This document shows positions 18,881 through 28,659 of a DNA stretch of 64,000 nt, piece by piece. The position numbers and the translations under genes were made by a program. The first letter of the stretch is position 1. Every line of letters begins with the position of its first letter. This DNA comes from a virus (Duplodnaviria; Caudoviricetes), in IMG/VR virus record IMGVR_UViG_3300021400_001287, positions 1 to 64,000 of that record; one strand, given 5' to 3'. Below the pieces are notes generated by a model. The model saw only the letters and a list, made by a program, of their open reading frames with translations, made no database searches and was not told the origin of the DNA.

Positions 18881-20669
18881 AGAACATCTGCTTGGCAATT
18901 GACTGATAAACGCCATATTCCGGTAAAGAGTCGGCACGGACAAGGGGTTTGGTCAACCCCGTCTTGTCCCACGAATACGTATACTGATCGCCGACATCTT
19001 TCTGGTACACTCTGCGCGAATCTCCACAGTAACAACATTCAATAAACGTGTTATTACCGCTATATCTGGTCTTCGTCACACGCAGGTCGGGGCGTTCTAC
19101 AATGATCACATTGGATGCCAAGTTGGTAAGATACTTTGTGCCAGCAACATCATCGTTTGTGATGGTTGCGTCTTGTTTGATCTTGCGGGGGTGTGCAACA
19201 ACGATGACGTGGGCACTGTATCTCATCGCAAAGCGTTTGAGTTCCGCCATAAACTTCGCTTGTGCCCGATATTCATCTTCTATTGCATCAATAAGAGCAG
19301 TCATCATATTGTCGACAATGAACAGCTTGGCTCCTTTTCGCTTGGCCATTGACTTAAACACAGATAGGATCGAATCCGCAATAGATTCAGAGACATCAGC
19401 AGACGAATCAAAGAGATAGAGTTTGCCATGCATCCATTCGAAGATACGCTGGCGAACGGGCATCGGAACAACGGGTATCTGGCTTCCAGTCAAGTTGTCT
19501 TGTTGAAGTGTCAACCAGTCTGAGCCAGCCGCCTGGAGTAAAAGCCAGCGTTGGAATAGATCGGGGCTCAGTTCACCAGAATACGCAACACATGTATACC
19601 CCTGCTCGATCGCATTGAGCATCAAAGTACCACATAACGTACTTTTTCCGTGGCCGGGAGCTCCCGAAAACAGCGACACAGCTCCTTCTTCGAGCCCGTT
19701 GATGGCTTTTTCGAGCTTCGGAATGCCAGTTTTAATGCGGGGAATGGTTGTTGGATCGACATATTGGATTTCCGTGACATCAATGACACCTTGAATTGGT
19801 ACTTCTGAATTATTCTTCCAGCATTTAACCAATTCTTCCGCTCCGTACTGGATCAGAATATCGTTCGCGTCTTTGCACCCATTCGGATACTCTTCAACGA
19901 CCCAGCAACGCTCTTCTCCAAGACGGGTTGCAAGTGTCTTGATCATCTTCCGCCCCGGCGGATCATTATCTCCGAAGAGAATGATCTTGTCGAATTGCCC
20001 GAGCCAGTCATAACAACTTTCCAACCACTGAAAATTCTCGCAACCAGCAGGGACAGAGACAACATTGCGAATTCCAGCTTCATAAAGAGACAGGCAGTCA
20101 ACTTGTCCTTCGCAAATGCAGAGCGGCTCACCCGGTTTACACAGATCCATTCCGAACAATACCGGCGCGGCTCCCGCTTCAGCCCACTCTTTCCGCTTAC
20201 CGGGATTGGCAACCGGAGCTCGATACTTCGCGTACACCAGCTCGCCTTCAACGTAGAACGGCCAGAGGATGTTCCCGTTTGTGTCGGCTCCTACCTGGAA
20301 TTTGTCCAGTGTCTCCGTCGAAATTCCACGACCGGCAAAATACTTATCGATGGTCTCGGTTCTCGGCTGCGGAACGATGGACAGCGGTTTAAATTGCTGC
20401 GACACGGAATTGATGTTCAGCGCTTCACCGAAGTGTCTGAGCAACCGGACCCACCCACCACGGGCACCGCATTTACCACGGTGACAATAATACTGGCCGG
20501 TGTCGAGCGATACATAGAATGTTCCATGATCGCCGTTTTCACCGCCTTTACAGAACGGACAGGTTTCTGCGATCAGCTCTCCGTGTTGCACTTTGTATGG
20601 AGCAATGTGTCGATCCGCGAATGCCATGATGTCCAACTCGGAGGGCACCGAGTAGAACGGCTTTTCCAT
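18879..20669 (-). CDS. primase-helicase (T7 gp4/Twinkle-like)
   Basis: Zn finger CPFC..CHRGKC, TOPRIM EGQVD/DND/KDAND, Walker A GAPGHGKS, VVAHPRK. Confidence 0.92.
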   Translation of the reverse strand: MEKPFYSVPSELDIMAFADRHIAPYKVQHGELIAETCPFCKGGENGDHGTFYVSLDTGQYYCHRGKCGARGGWVRLLRHFGEALNINSVSQQFKPLSIVPQPRTETIDKYFAGRGISTETLDKFQVGADTNGNILWPFYVEGELVYAKYRAPVANPGKRKEWAEAGAAPVLFGMDLCKPGEPLCICEGQVDCLSLYEAGIRNVVSVPAGCENFQWLESCYDWLGQFDKIILFGDNDPPGRKMIKTLATRLGEERCWVVEEYPNGCKDANDILIQYGAEELVKCWKNNSEVPIQGVIDVTEIQYVDPTTIPRIKTGIPKLEKAINGLEEGAVSLFSGAPGHGKSTLCGTLMLNAIEQGYTCVAYSGELSPDLFQRWLLLQAAGSDWLTLQQDNLTGSQIPVVPMPVRQRIFEWMHGKLYLFDSSADVSESIADSILSVFKSMAKRKGAKLFIVDNMMTALIDAIEDEYRAQAKFMAELKRFAMRYSAHVIVVAHPRKIKQDATITNDDVAGTKYLTNLASNVIIVERPDLRVTKTRYSGNNTFIECCYCGDSRRVYQKDVGDQYTYSWDKTGLTKPLVRADSLPEYGVYQSIAKQMF

Positions 20670-21211
20670 TAACCCGCCTCCCCGAAATACGCTCTGTACG
20701 ATTTCCCGATTCTGCGTTTCTGCCATTGATACTGGCCGGTTGTCATGTTCTGCCGGGATTCAATATCTCTGGGCGGATACCCCTTCAGGATCATCTGAAC
20801 GGCCAGCCGGTCCTGCGGAGTCAGTGTCGACATCCACTTGTCCAGATCGATGTGTAAAATGATTTCTTCTTCCATATTCCACGGCGTCTTTCCGTCAACA
20901 TCCACACTGTCGTCGTCAACCAGCTTGATGTCGCACTTCTTCTTCGGGTTCCGGTGAATGCCATGCTGATTGATAAACTGATTGTAGAGGTGATACCGGA
21001 CGCTCGTGCGGAGGTACTTATGCACGGTGGGCGTCGATCCGAACGCGCCAGCTTCCATCTTGCGATGCCACTTGAGGAAGCCGATGATCGCTTCCTGCAA
21101 CACGTCTTCGTAGTACACCGAGTAGGGCATATGGCGTTCGTTCATGAAGTCGATCGCGCAAAGCCGGATGATGTTTGCGTTGTCCCGCACGAGCTTCTCT
21201 TCCGTCGTCAT
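20669..21211 (-). CDS. sigma70/ECF-like phage sigma factor
   Basis: EDVLQEAIIGF region 2; C-terminal LTPQDR..GY..RDI helix-turn-helix. Confidence 0.7.
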   Translation of the reverse strand: MTTEEKLVRDNANIIRLCAIDFMNERHMPYSVYYEDVLQEAIIGFLKWHRKMEAGAFGSTPTVHKYLRTSVRYHLYNQFINQHGIHRNPKKKCDIKLVDDDSVDVDGKTPWNMEEEIILHIDLDKWMSTLTPQDRLAVQMILKGYPPRDIESRQNMTTGQYQWQKRRIGKSYRAYFGEAG

Positions 21212-21230
21212 GGTATCACCTCCACGTCAA

Positions 21231-21629
21231 TCAGTTGCCGCTGAACAGGTCTTCCACGTTGTTGCTGTTGTTGTAGCTGTTGCCACCATTGTAGTTGGTA
21301 TTGCCATTGCCATTGTTCGGCTGGTAGGTGAGTGACTCGATGCTGTTGGCTTTCATCGTGATGTTGACGCCCGCGGTGCCGTCCTTCTTATTGAAGGGCT
21401 TGACGCAAACCGAGCCGGTCGCCGCCAGCTTGTTGCCCTTCTTCATCCGGGCGAGTGTATCCCACTGCGGACCCCAGACAGACACTTCATAGAAGTTGGT
21501 GATGTAGTTCCCGCTGTCGTCTTTGAAGGGCGTATGTACGGCAACATTGGCGCTGGCCATCTGTCGGCCATTGTATTCCCCGATGCGGGGATCAGCCACC
21601 AAGTTGCCGATGATCGTGGTATTAACCAT
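21231..21629 (-). CDS. ssb: single-stranded DNA-binding protein
   Basis: IIGNLVADP, TNFYEVSVWG, KKGNKL, N/G-rich tail. Confidence 0.9.
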   Translation of the reverse strand: MVNTTIIGNLVADPRIGEYNGRQMASANVAVHTPFKDDSGNYITNFYEVSVWGPQWDTLARMKKGNKLAATGSVCVKPFNKKDGTAGVNITMKANSIESLTYQPNNGNGNTNYNGGNSYNNSNNVEDLFSGN

Positions 21630-22236
21630 TGGGGTAAGCCTCCTTGAGCGCTTTCAAAATTCTGGACTGTGTCGCCGTATCAGTAATGTCACGGAAATTC
21701 ATGGAGCCATTGTTATGTTTGGCAATAAGTTCACCAGCCGCTTTGCGCTGTTCAAGCGTCAGAGCGGAGACAATTCCCACGACTTCATCGGCAAAAGCGG
21801 ACGAAGCCTTCGGCTGGGGTTTATTGTTGCTGTTGTTATTGCTGACTTGATCGAACTGATCGGCTTCCACGATGTCGAGCACCATCATGTAGAGATACCG
21901 ACGTTGATAGGTCTCCACACCACCGAGCAACTGTACCGCGTTCGCGCCTTTGAGTTCCAGATCTCGCATGGGAGAGGTGAACGTGAGTGTTTCTTCCGGC
22001 TTCTCGATGTTTACGAGAGTCAGCGTCGCTTCGGTGTCACTGAAAGAGATGAGGTCACAGAGCATAAGCTCATTGAAAATTTCCGTCTTCGGCGGGACGA
22101 TGTCATCCAGCTCGAAGTAATCGTACTTGGAGAACGTGTTGCGTCCAGACTTCTTCACGTTCTTCCGCTGGAACATCTACCGGGCTGTCTCCAGCTTGGC
22201 GTAAATGTTCGTCTGTTCCGGGGTTTTCGTGGCCAT
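21622..22236 (-). CDS. ERF-family ssDNA-annealing protein (in-frame TAG at codon 20, 22177-22179)
   Basis: AAGGAG RBS + ATG 22236; NIYAKLETAR*MF..KKSGRN..YFELDDI..GGVETYQRRYL. Confidence 0.88.
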
Positions 22237-22260
22237 GAGATCAACTCCTTTTTTGTTTCT

Positions 22261-22300
22261 CTATTATACTCATACGGACAATTTTCAAAAATTGAGAGTG
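22261..22300 (-). promoter_or_regulatory. conserved 40-bp phage promoter motif, copy 2
   Basis: CACTCTCAATTTTTGAAAATTGTCCGTATGAGTATAATAG upstream of the replication operon. Confidence 0.75.
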
Positions 22301-22311
22301 CTTTTGAAAAT

Positions 22312-23319
22312 TTATTTTTCGAGAAGTGCAACGAGATCGTCCAGCGTCTTCCCACTCTTGTTCAAAGCGCTCTCCAGCCGGGACAGTGTCGAGGTCTTGT
22401 CTTTGCTGGTCTCCTTCATCGTTTCCGCCCAGGGCAGGGACGACATGGCATCCATGCGCTCGTCTTCATTGCTCACCAAATAGTTATTGGTGATGGCAAT
22501 GGACTTCTGTCCGGCAATGTCTCGGGCGACCACGGCGTTGGCGTGACGTTCGACGGCGTTGATGACGGTGTAGCGGATGTTGTGGGTCCCCGTCCGGATG
22601 CCCTGCGCTTGCTGACGCTTGGCCAGCAGGTTGTACACGTCGTACCGGCTGATGCGCTTCCCGGTTCGTGTCGCGAACAGCGGCGTCTCTTCGTATTCTT
22701 CTTCGCTCATGGCTTGGGGAAAAAACGTATTGAGATACTCGGTGAGATAGGGGAACGCGAATTCCGAGACGGTGATCTTCCGGATGTTCTGACCTTTGCG
22801 GAGGGCAAAGATGGTGTTGCCCTGTCGCTTGATGATGTTTGCCACGTTCAGCCAACAAACTTCCGAAGCACGCATGCCGGTCGCCGCCATGAGCGCGATG
22901 ATGGCACGATCCCGGATGAGCAATTTCCGGTCCCGCACGTCGTCAAATTCCATGAGCCCCTTGAGCTGCTCGGTGGTGTAGACACGATCTTCTTTCCCGG
23001 CATTCTTGGACTCGTCGATGTGCTTACGGACGTTGGTGGACGGGAGAATGGAGGACGGGTCATCCGGGATGAGCTTCTTATTGACGCAATAGTGGAAGAA
23101 GCTGTGGACAGCGGCGTAATGCCACTTGCGGGTGGACGGTGCCCAGTCTTTGTGGATGAGCATCCATTTTTCCACGGTGTCCGGCGTGACATCGGCGAGA
23201 GACTTAGCTTCAGTGGAGCGGAAGAACTCCCGGACGACGTCGCCATAGAGTTCCAGTGTGTTAGGAGAATACGCCTGAGCGTCCAGATAAGTGAGCCAAT
23301 TCTTGACGAGCTCATTCAT
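22312..23319 (-). CDS. tyrosine recombinase/integrase
   Basis: TGMRASE, THNIRY, AGQKS..TNNY; SAM-like N-terminal domain. Confidence 0.88.
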   Translation of the reverse strand: MNELVKNWLTYLDAQAYSPNTLELYGDVVREFFRSTEAKSLADVTPDTVEKWMLIHKDWAPSTRKWHYAAVHSFFHYCVNKKLIPDDPSSILPSTNVRKHIDESKNAGKEDRVYTTEQLKGLMEFDDVRDRKLLIRDRAIIALMAATGMRASEVCWLNVANIIKRQGNTIFALRKGQNIRKITVSEFAFPYLTEYLNTFFPQAMSEEEYEETPLFATRTGKRISRYDVYNLLAKRQQAQGIRTGTHNIRYTVINAVERHANAVVARDIAGQKSIAITNNYLVSNEDERMDAMSSLPWAETMKETSKDKTSTLSRLESALNKSGKTLDDLVALLEK

Positions 23320-23338
23320 GGTGAACTCCTTTCTAAAA

Positions 23339-23447
23339 GAACATGTGTTCTTTCCAGCTGACGTTGTCAGTATAGCACTTGAGAGATGGACAGTCAATGG
23401 ATCGTGTTGCATTTTTGCAGCATCTTAACAAACCGAACAAATGTTCG
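23339..23447 (-). promoter_or_regulatory. sigmaA promoter flanked by two LexA (Cheo) boxes
   Basis: TTGACT-17-TATACT (23397-23369); GAACATGTGTTC 23339-23350; CGAACAAATGTTCG 23434-23447. Confidence 0.75.
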
Positions 23448-26400
23448 ATAATTCCGCACGAGCTTGTTGCCGTTTGTACGAATTGAGGATCGCCTGGAAC
23501 GTACATGGCTTGCCGTCGCGCATGAAGGTAAACTGGTAGGTAACCGACGACAAGTCCTGGATGACGTCCATGCCGGCAACATAACGCCGGTTGTTATCAT
23601 ACCACTCGAACTTAGGGATGGGCTGATGGTGAGTGAGGATTTGCTTGACATATTTGCTCTTCACCGAAAAGTAAACGACACGGCGCATTTTAAAGAATCC
23701 GTATTCCAGGATGAGCTGTTCGAGCATTTGACCACCTCCGCTATAATAATATGAACGGACTGGAAAAATATTCCAATCCGTTCAGGGAAAAATGATTTTG
23801 ATGATGAGCAATACGGAGCAGATCGTCGTCATCACCGCTCCGGCATACGCAAACCGCAGAAGCCACAATTCCCACTTCATTTCGTATACCTCGACATCTC
23901 AAAAGCCAGCTGGTCCAGATGTACCAAGTGCATCATGGACGACACACCCATATTGTCCATCGCTTTGCTGTCCCACGCTTTGTCGATGCGACGCGCCCAA
24001 TCTTTCGCGGCACGGCAGATGCGGCAGTCATACGCGCTCTCGTTAATTAAAGACGCAATGACGACTTCCGCTCTGGACTTCCCGATTGCCCGGACGTATT
24101 TCTCAATGGCAGACTTGGCAGTGCCGCTCTCGGCCGACAGCGCTTCCAATTTTCTGGTATCCAGACGGAGCTTACGGACGGTCATGGCTTTATCTTCCAG
24201 AGATAGGGCATTGAAATCATTGAGTTCGCGCATTGTTACTTCCTCCTTATATTGTCGACGGTGCTGCGGTACTTCTGGGGCAACGGTTCCACGGTGACGA
24301 GCGTCTCTTCGCAGAAGATGTAGATGTAATAGGTGAAGATGCGAATGTTGTTTGCCGTATAGTGTTGACTATACAGGTGATCGAGGTAACGATGGAGTGA
24401 GCCGCTGGTGTCTTCCCTGCGGATTCCGCATTCAAATGCTTTAGCGGCGAGTTTGTCCGCGGATTTCTTCGGGATTCCCAGTCGCTCATGCGCCCGGTCC
24501 GCGGCATGTCTGGTGATGGTCATTGTCAACGCTCCTTTTCAAAATCTTCTGGAGTTTTCACCGTTATTGAATAGTCCATTCTTGTCCATCCACCGTCGGC
24601 AAATACGTGGTCTATCCGAAATACCATAAGATTGTTAGCGGGAAAACCTAACAAAGTTCCGTATTTGTAACGAGCGACATAAACAGCTTTGCCGCTCGGG
24701 CTATAGACAGTAATTTTTCCCCAGTCTCGTGCATGATCGGTCAGAATTTCGTTAATAAAATCTTCTACAGTATATGGCGTGTTGCCCAAGTCTATTCTAT
24801 ATGGTGCCGTGCAGTCTCCACGTTCTGGTCCATCTTCAATAAATCTGAAGCTCATTGAATATCACTCCTGTAAATACGCTTCATCTCTTCCAGTTTGGTG
24901 GCCGTGCCACGGCAGTCATCCATCCATTCCAGCTGTTCGTCAAAGGGCAACGTGTCGAGAATACTCTGATACTCTTCAAATACGCTCATCTTTCAGCCTC
25001 CCGCAGTTCCACAGCTCACATTTTCTGGCATGCGCCGTCTGCCAAGCGTCAATCAGACCGGAATGGACGCCAATCCGCTCCCGTAGCTGCTCTTGAAGCA
25101 CTTCTTTCTCGACGGTATTAAAGATGCTGTTTCCCTGAATGGCATCTCGTTGCGCTGCCGTCGCCGTCAGTCGTTCTCGTGCTGTTTCCTGCTGCTTCTC
25201 TATATGCTCCAACAAGTACTCGTATTCCGGCAACATGACGAGCGCCAGTTCCCGACACCGAACGGGATTCAGAATGATGAGATGATCGGAGGGCTTGGCT
25301 TCCGGGTAATGAGACATTACGTACTGGACGGCAGTCCCAGATTCATAGAACGGCATGCAATTTGCCACGACCCAGCCATGCTTGTTTACCGTTCCGGGTA
25401 GCAAAGCGTTGATGAAGTCATAGTACCTCGCTTCGTGTTGCATTCTTCTTCCTCCATTCCATATACTGTTCATACGTCATGCCCATTAGATTCCCGGCAA
25501 CGGTGAGCGCGTATTTCTTCGTGCCAAAGCTGTCGAACACGGGGATATTTGGATAGCCGACTTTGTGGGCGTACCATTTCTGCGACCACTTGCCGTCGAA
25601 GGACACCGTGTAGCGGTACATTATATCTCTTCCACCTCCAAATCCCAGACAAAGCCACCGGGTGTTTCCGACCATTGCCAATAATTGTCGTCGGCAAAGA
25701 ACTCGCACTCATCGTAACTTCCCTCAAACAGCAATTTCTCGACACGACCGGCAACAGCGATGACGCGGTGGGTGGGTTCCGTATATTCGTCGTCAATAGT
25801 CACCAGCAGATTTTCTCGGATGGTAGCGCTCATCTTATTCCTCCTTCATGACCATCATCTTGTAGATGAAATCCCGCTTACCGTCAGGATACGGCTTGCG
25901 TCGATTGACGAGCGTATAAACGGAAGATCCAAACAACGTTTTAATCACGTCCTCTATCGTGTTGGATCGGGTAAGATAGAACGCGGCGGAACCAAGTTTC
26001 CCCGTCATCATTCCGTCCACATATTTTTCCATGGCATCATTGTACATGGTGATCGCCAGATACAATTTGTCGCATCTCCGCATTTCATTTGTCATCGTCT
26101 TCATCCTCTAATACGTCGTAAGCAGGGTTCGGCACTTCTTTTTCCACGACGATGGAGAGTGTGTCTGCGTACTCGTCCAGCATATCCCAGAATGTGCACT
26201 TGAATGTCCGCATTGCATCGACGAGATGTTCGCAATCGTCCCAATTCGCACGATCGACCTCGCCGCTACCCAGCAGGTATGTCACGCATTTGTCTACGGC
26301 AATAGACGGGACGTTTGGCACTTTGGTGTAGCAAAAGTGATACCATCTATCGTCATCGTACAGATCGTCCTCGGTTTCCACCAAGACACTGCCAATATTG

Positions 26401-26991
26401 TCACCACAGTCGGTGTCGAAGTGGCAGAAGATAATGGAACGATTATCCAGCTCGAGCTCTTCCCAGATGCGGGCTTTGAGTTCTTCAACGGACAGCTTCA
26501 TATACGCACCTCCGCTTTACCGTAGTTAAAAACGACACCGAATATTTTGCCACTGCCAGAAGCTCCATAGTTAACACTGGTTCCCCCCGAACCATTTGTT
26601 GATCAAATCCCCGACCGCCGTTTGTTTGTTCCTGCAAACCGCCGCCTGTTCATAACATGCAACTGCCGAATAGAACGCCGCCGCTTCCGAATACTCGTTC
26701 CACTCTTCAACTAGCTTTTCGAGCACGTCTTTATTCATCTCACAGCACCTCCATTTTTCTCCAGTCAAAATTACAATCGCCAATATTCCCCGATGTGAAT
26801 ACGAGCGTGTATTCGCCAGCGTCGAACATCGTCTCGATCAACTCCAGCACAGCCGTCGCGGCTGTGGCGTATTTCTCCCATGCTGGGTGATCCACACGAC
26901 GCCAGTACGCAGCCGTCTTGGAATACTCATTGTACTTTTCCGCCAGTGTGTCGAGAATGAATTCCTTCGTGAAGACACCGTTCATGCTCAT
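23425..26991 (-). other. run of small hypothetical early genes
   Basis: about 12 tightly packed RBS-led minus-strand ORFs (e.g. 23425-23727, 23877-24233, 24236-24529, 24526-24855, 25835-26104, 26085-26501). Confidence 0.7.
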
Positions 26992-27653
26992 TCCTCCTTG
27001 CCAAACTGATCCGCGAAGGCTTCTGCTATTCCGCGAAATGTCTTGCTCCTGGTCTTCTGATCGCGCTCATTCCGCCCTTTGAACCGTCTGTAATTGCCAT
27101 GCGCGTCTTTGTTTCCGCCGTTGACATACGGTTCGTGATGATCCAGGATGTTGGTCGGCTGGAAATGGGGGAGTCCTTTGAGCCACAGACACGTCCGCTT
27201 GCTGTACGGATGCCCGTATTCATACGGCTGAATGACTTGATCGTAGGGCGGCAGTCCAACGAGTTTCAGCGGTGTCGGATTCTCGATACAAATTCTCGGG
27301 CAGTCCGCATTGTATATTGCCATGAAGAACGCCTTCACTTCCATGGCTTTCGCGTATCGTTCCGGCTGAATTTCTCCCTTCACCCGCATTCGCACAGCCG
27401 ACGAGTTTGCCATGTAGGTGCAGGGCGGATGGGCAATGATCAAATCCCAGGTGCCGTCGATGATCACGCGTTCGCCAGTCATCGTGGTGAACGAGCAGTT
27501 CCCGTTTATGATCGGCAAAACGTCGCCGAGAATGTGCCATTCCGGATGACCGCCGCTGGGTTCCTGCATGTCGCAACTGTACGCTTCATGACCGCGTTCC
27601 CGCATGGCGATGCACACCGCTTGGCTCTCTTCACAAGCAACCAGAACTCTCAT
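26988..27653 (-). CDS. C5 DNA cytosine methyltransferase-like protein (short form)
   Basis: VLVACEES, AHPPCT, IENP motifs. Confidence 0.75.
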   Translation of the reverse strand: MRVLVACEESQAVCIAMRERGHEAYSCDMQEPSGGHPEWHILGDVLPIINGNCSFTTMTGERVIIDGTWDLIIAHPPCTYMANSSAVRMRVKGEIQPERYAKAMEVKAFFMAIYNADCPRICIENPTPLKLVGLPPYDQVIQPYEYGHPYSKRTCLWLKGLPHFQPTNILDHHEPYVNGGNKDAHGNYRRFKGRNERDQKTRSKTFRGIAEAFADQFGKEE

Positions 27654-27879
27654 TCAAACGTCCTCCTGTGCAGGATCGTGTCGCCACTGTCTTCATCCTT
27701 TTCCCAGTCGCGCTCGATCAACTGGATTTCCGTGTAAATTTCGGCGTTGCGTTCATTGAACAAGTTGTACATACGCACCGCATCGCTGTATTCGCCATAT
27801 TCATAGAGCTCCACACCTCCGTCACGACGGGCAAAGCGGACAAGCCACGATATATTAGGTAACATCAAACCATCTCCTC

Positions 27880-28659
27880 TCAATAGTCGACAGCTTCTTG
27901 GCGGGTGATAAAGAAATGGATTCCCGGTGCGCATTCGTGTGTGCGGTCGGTGTCGAAATTATCAACGCTCACCGTTTCGCCAACGCGGTAATAGAAATTT
28001 GAGTCATATTGGCTTACAGCCAAATCAATTTCGGAGCTGCTTCCGTCAAGGCTTTCGATGGCAAGCACAACGGCTTTGTCACACCGGCACTTTCTGCCAA
28101 ACGCACTGGAACGACGGGCATCTTCCGGGATTTGTAGTTTTACAATCACTCGTCTCAAAGAATTGCTGTCTAAAATAGCATGTGCCACCTTCCAGCCAAC
28201 AAATGCGCCGGATTCCGGGCAAGCAAGCGGGAAAAACTTTGCGACCAGTTCGGGCGGCAGGTCGGCTCCGTACAGGTCGGCTCCGCGCAGGTCGGCTCCG
28301 CGCAGGTTGGCTTCGTACAGGTCGGCTCCGCGCAGGTTGGCTCCGTACAGGTTGGCTTCGCGCAGGTTGGCTCCGCGCAGGTTGGCTTCGTACAGGTCGG
28401 CTCCGCGCAGGTCGGCTTCGTACAGGTTGGCTCCGCGCAGGTCGGCTCCGTACAGGTTGGCTTCGTACAGGTCGGCTCCGCGCAGGTCGGCTCCGTACAG
28501 GTCGGCTCCGCGCAGGTTGGCTTCGCGCAGGTTGGCTCCGTACAGGTTGGCTTCGTACAGGTCGGCTTCGTACAGGTCGGCTCTTTCGCCGCCGTCCTCG
28601 TTGTTCAACCATTTCAAATGCTTTTCCAGAATTCCCTTCAGTGTATCCAAATTCATCAT
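27880..28659 (-). CDS. pentapeptide-repeat protein with conserved C-terminal domain
   Basis: A(D/N)L(Y/R)(E/G) repeats; C-terminal [20 protein letters not shown]. Confidence 0.9.
   Translation of the reverse strand: MMNLDTLKGILEKHLKWLNNEDGGERADLYEADLYEANLYGANLREANLRGADLYGADLRGADLYEANLYGADLRGANLYEADLRGADLYEANLRGANLREANLYGANLRGADLYEANLRGADLRGADLYGADLPPELVAKFFPLACPESGAFVGWKVAHAILDSNSLRRVIVKLQIPEDARRSSAFGRKCRCDKAVVLAIESLDGSSSEIDLAVSQYDSNFYYRVGETVSVDNFDTDRTHECAPGIHFFITRQEAVDY
28258..28580 (-). repeat. 15-bp tandem coding repeat (about 21 units)
   Basis: CAGGT(T/C)GGCT(C/T)CG(TA/CG) units. Confidence 0.9.

Noticed and set aside
6779-23361. Long plus-strand ORFs (6779-8872, 11752-13605, 21523-23361), and 56842-58266 on minus
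   Set aside because: Antisense shadows of well-supported genes caused by codon bias.
28258-28580. CRISPR array or VNTR
   Set aside because: No spacers; the 15-bp period encodes pentapeptide repeats, and the RSRP/VGS-type ORFs in other frames are shadows.
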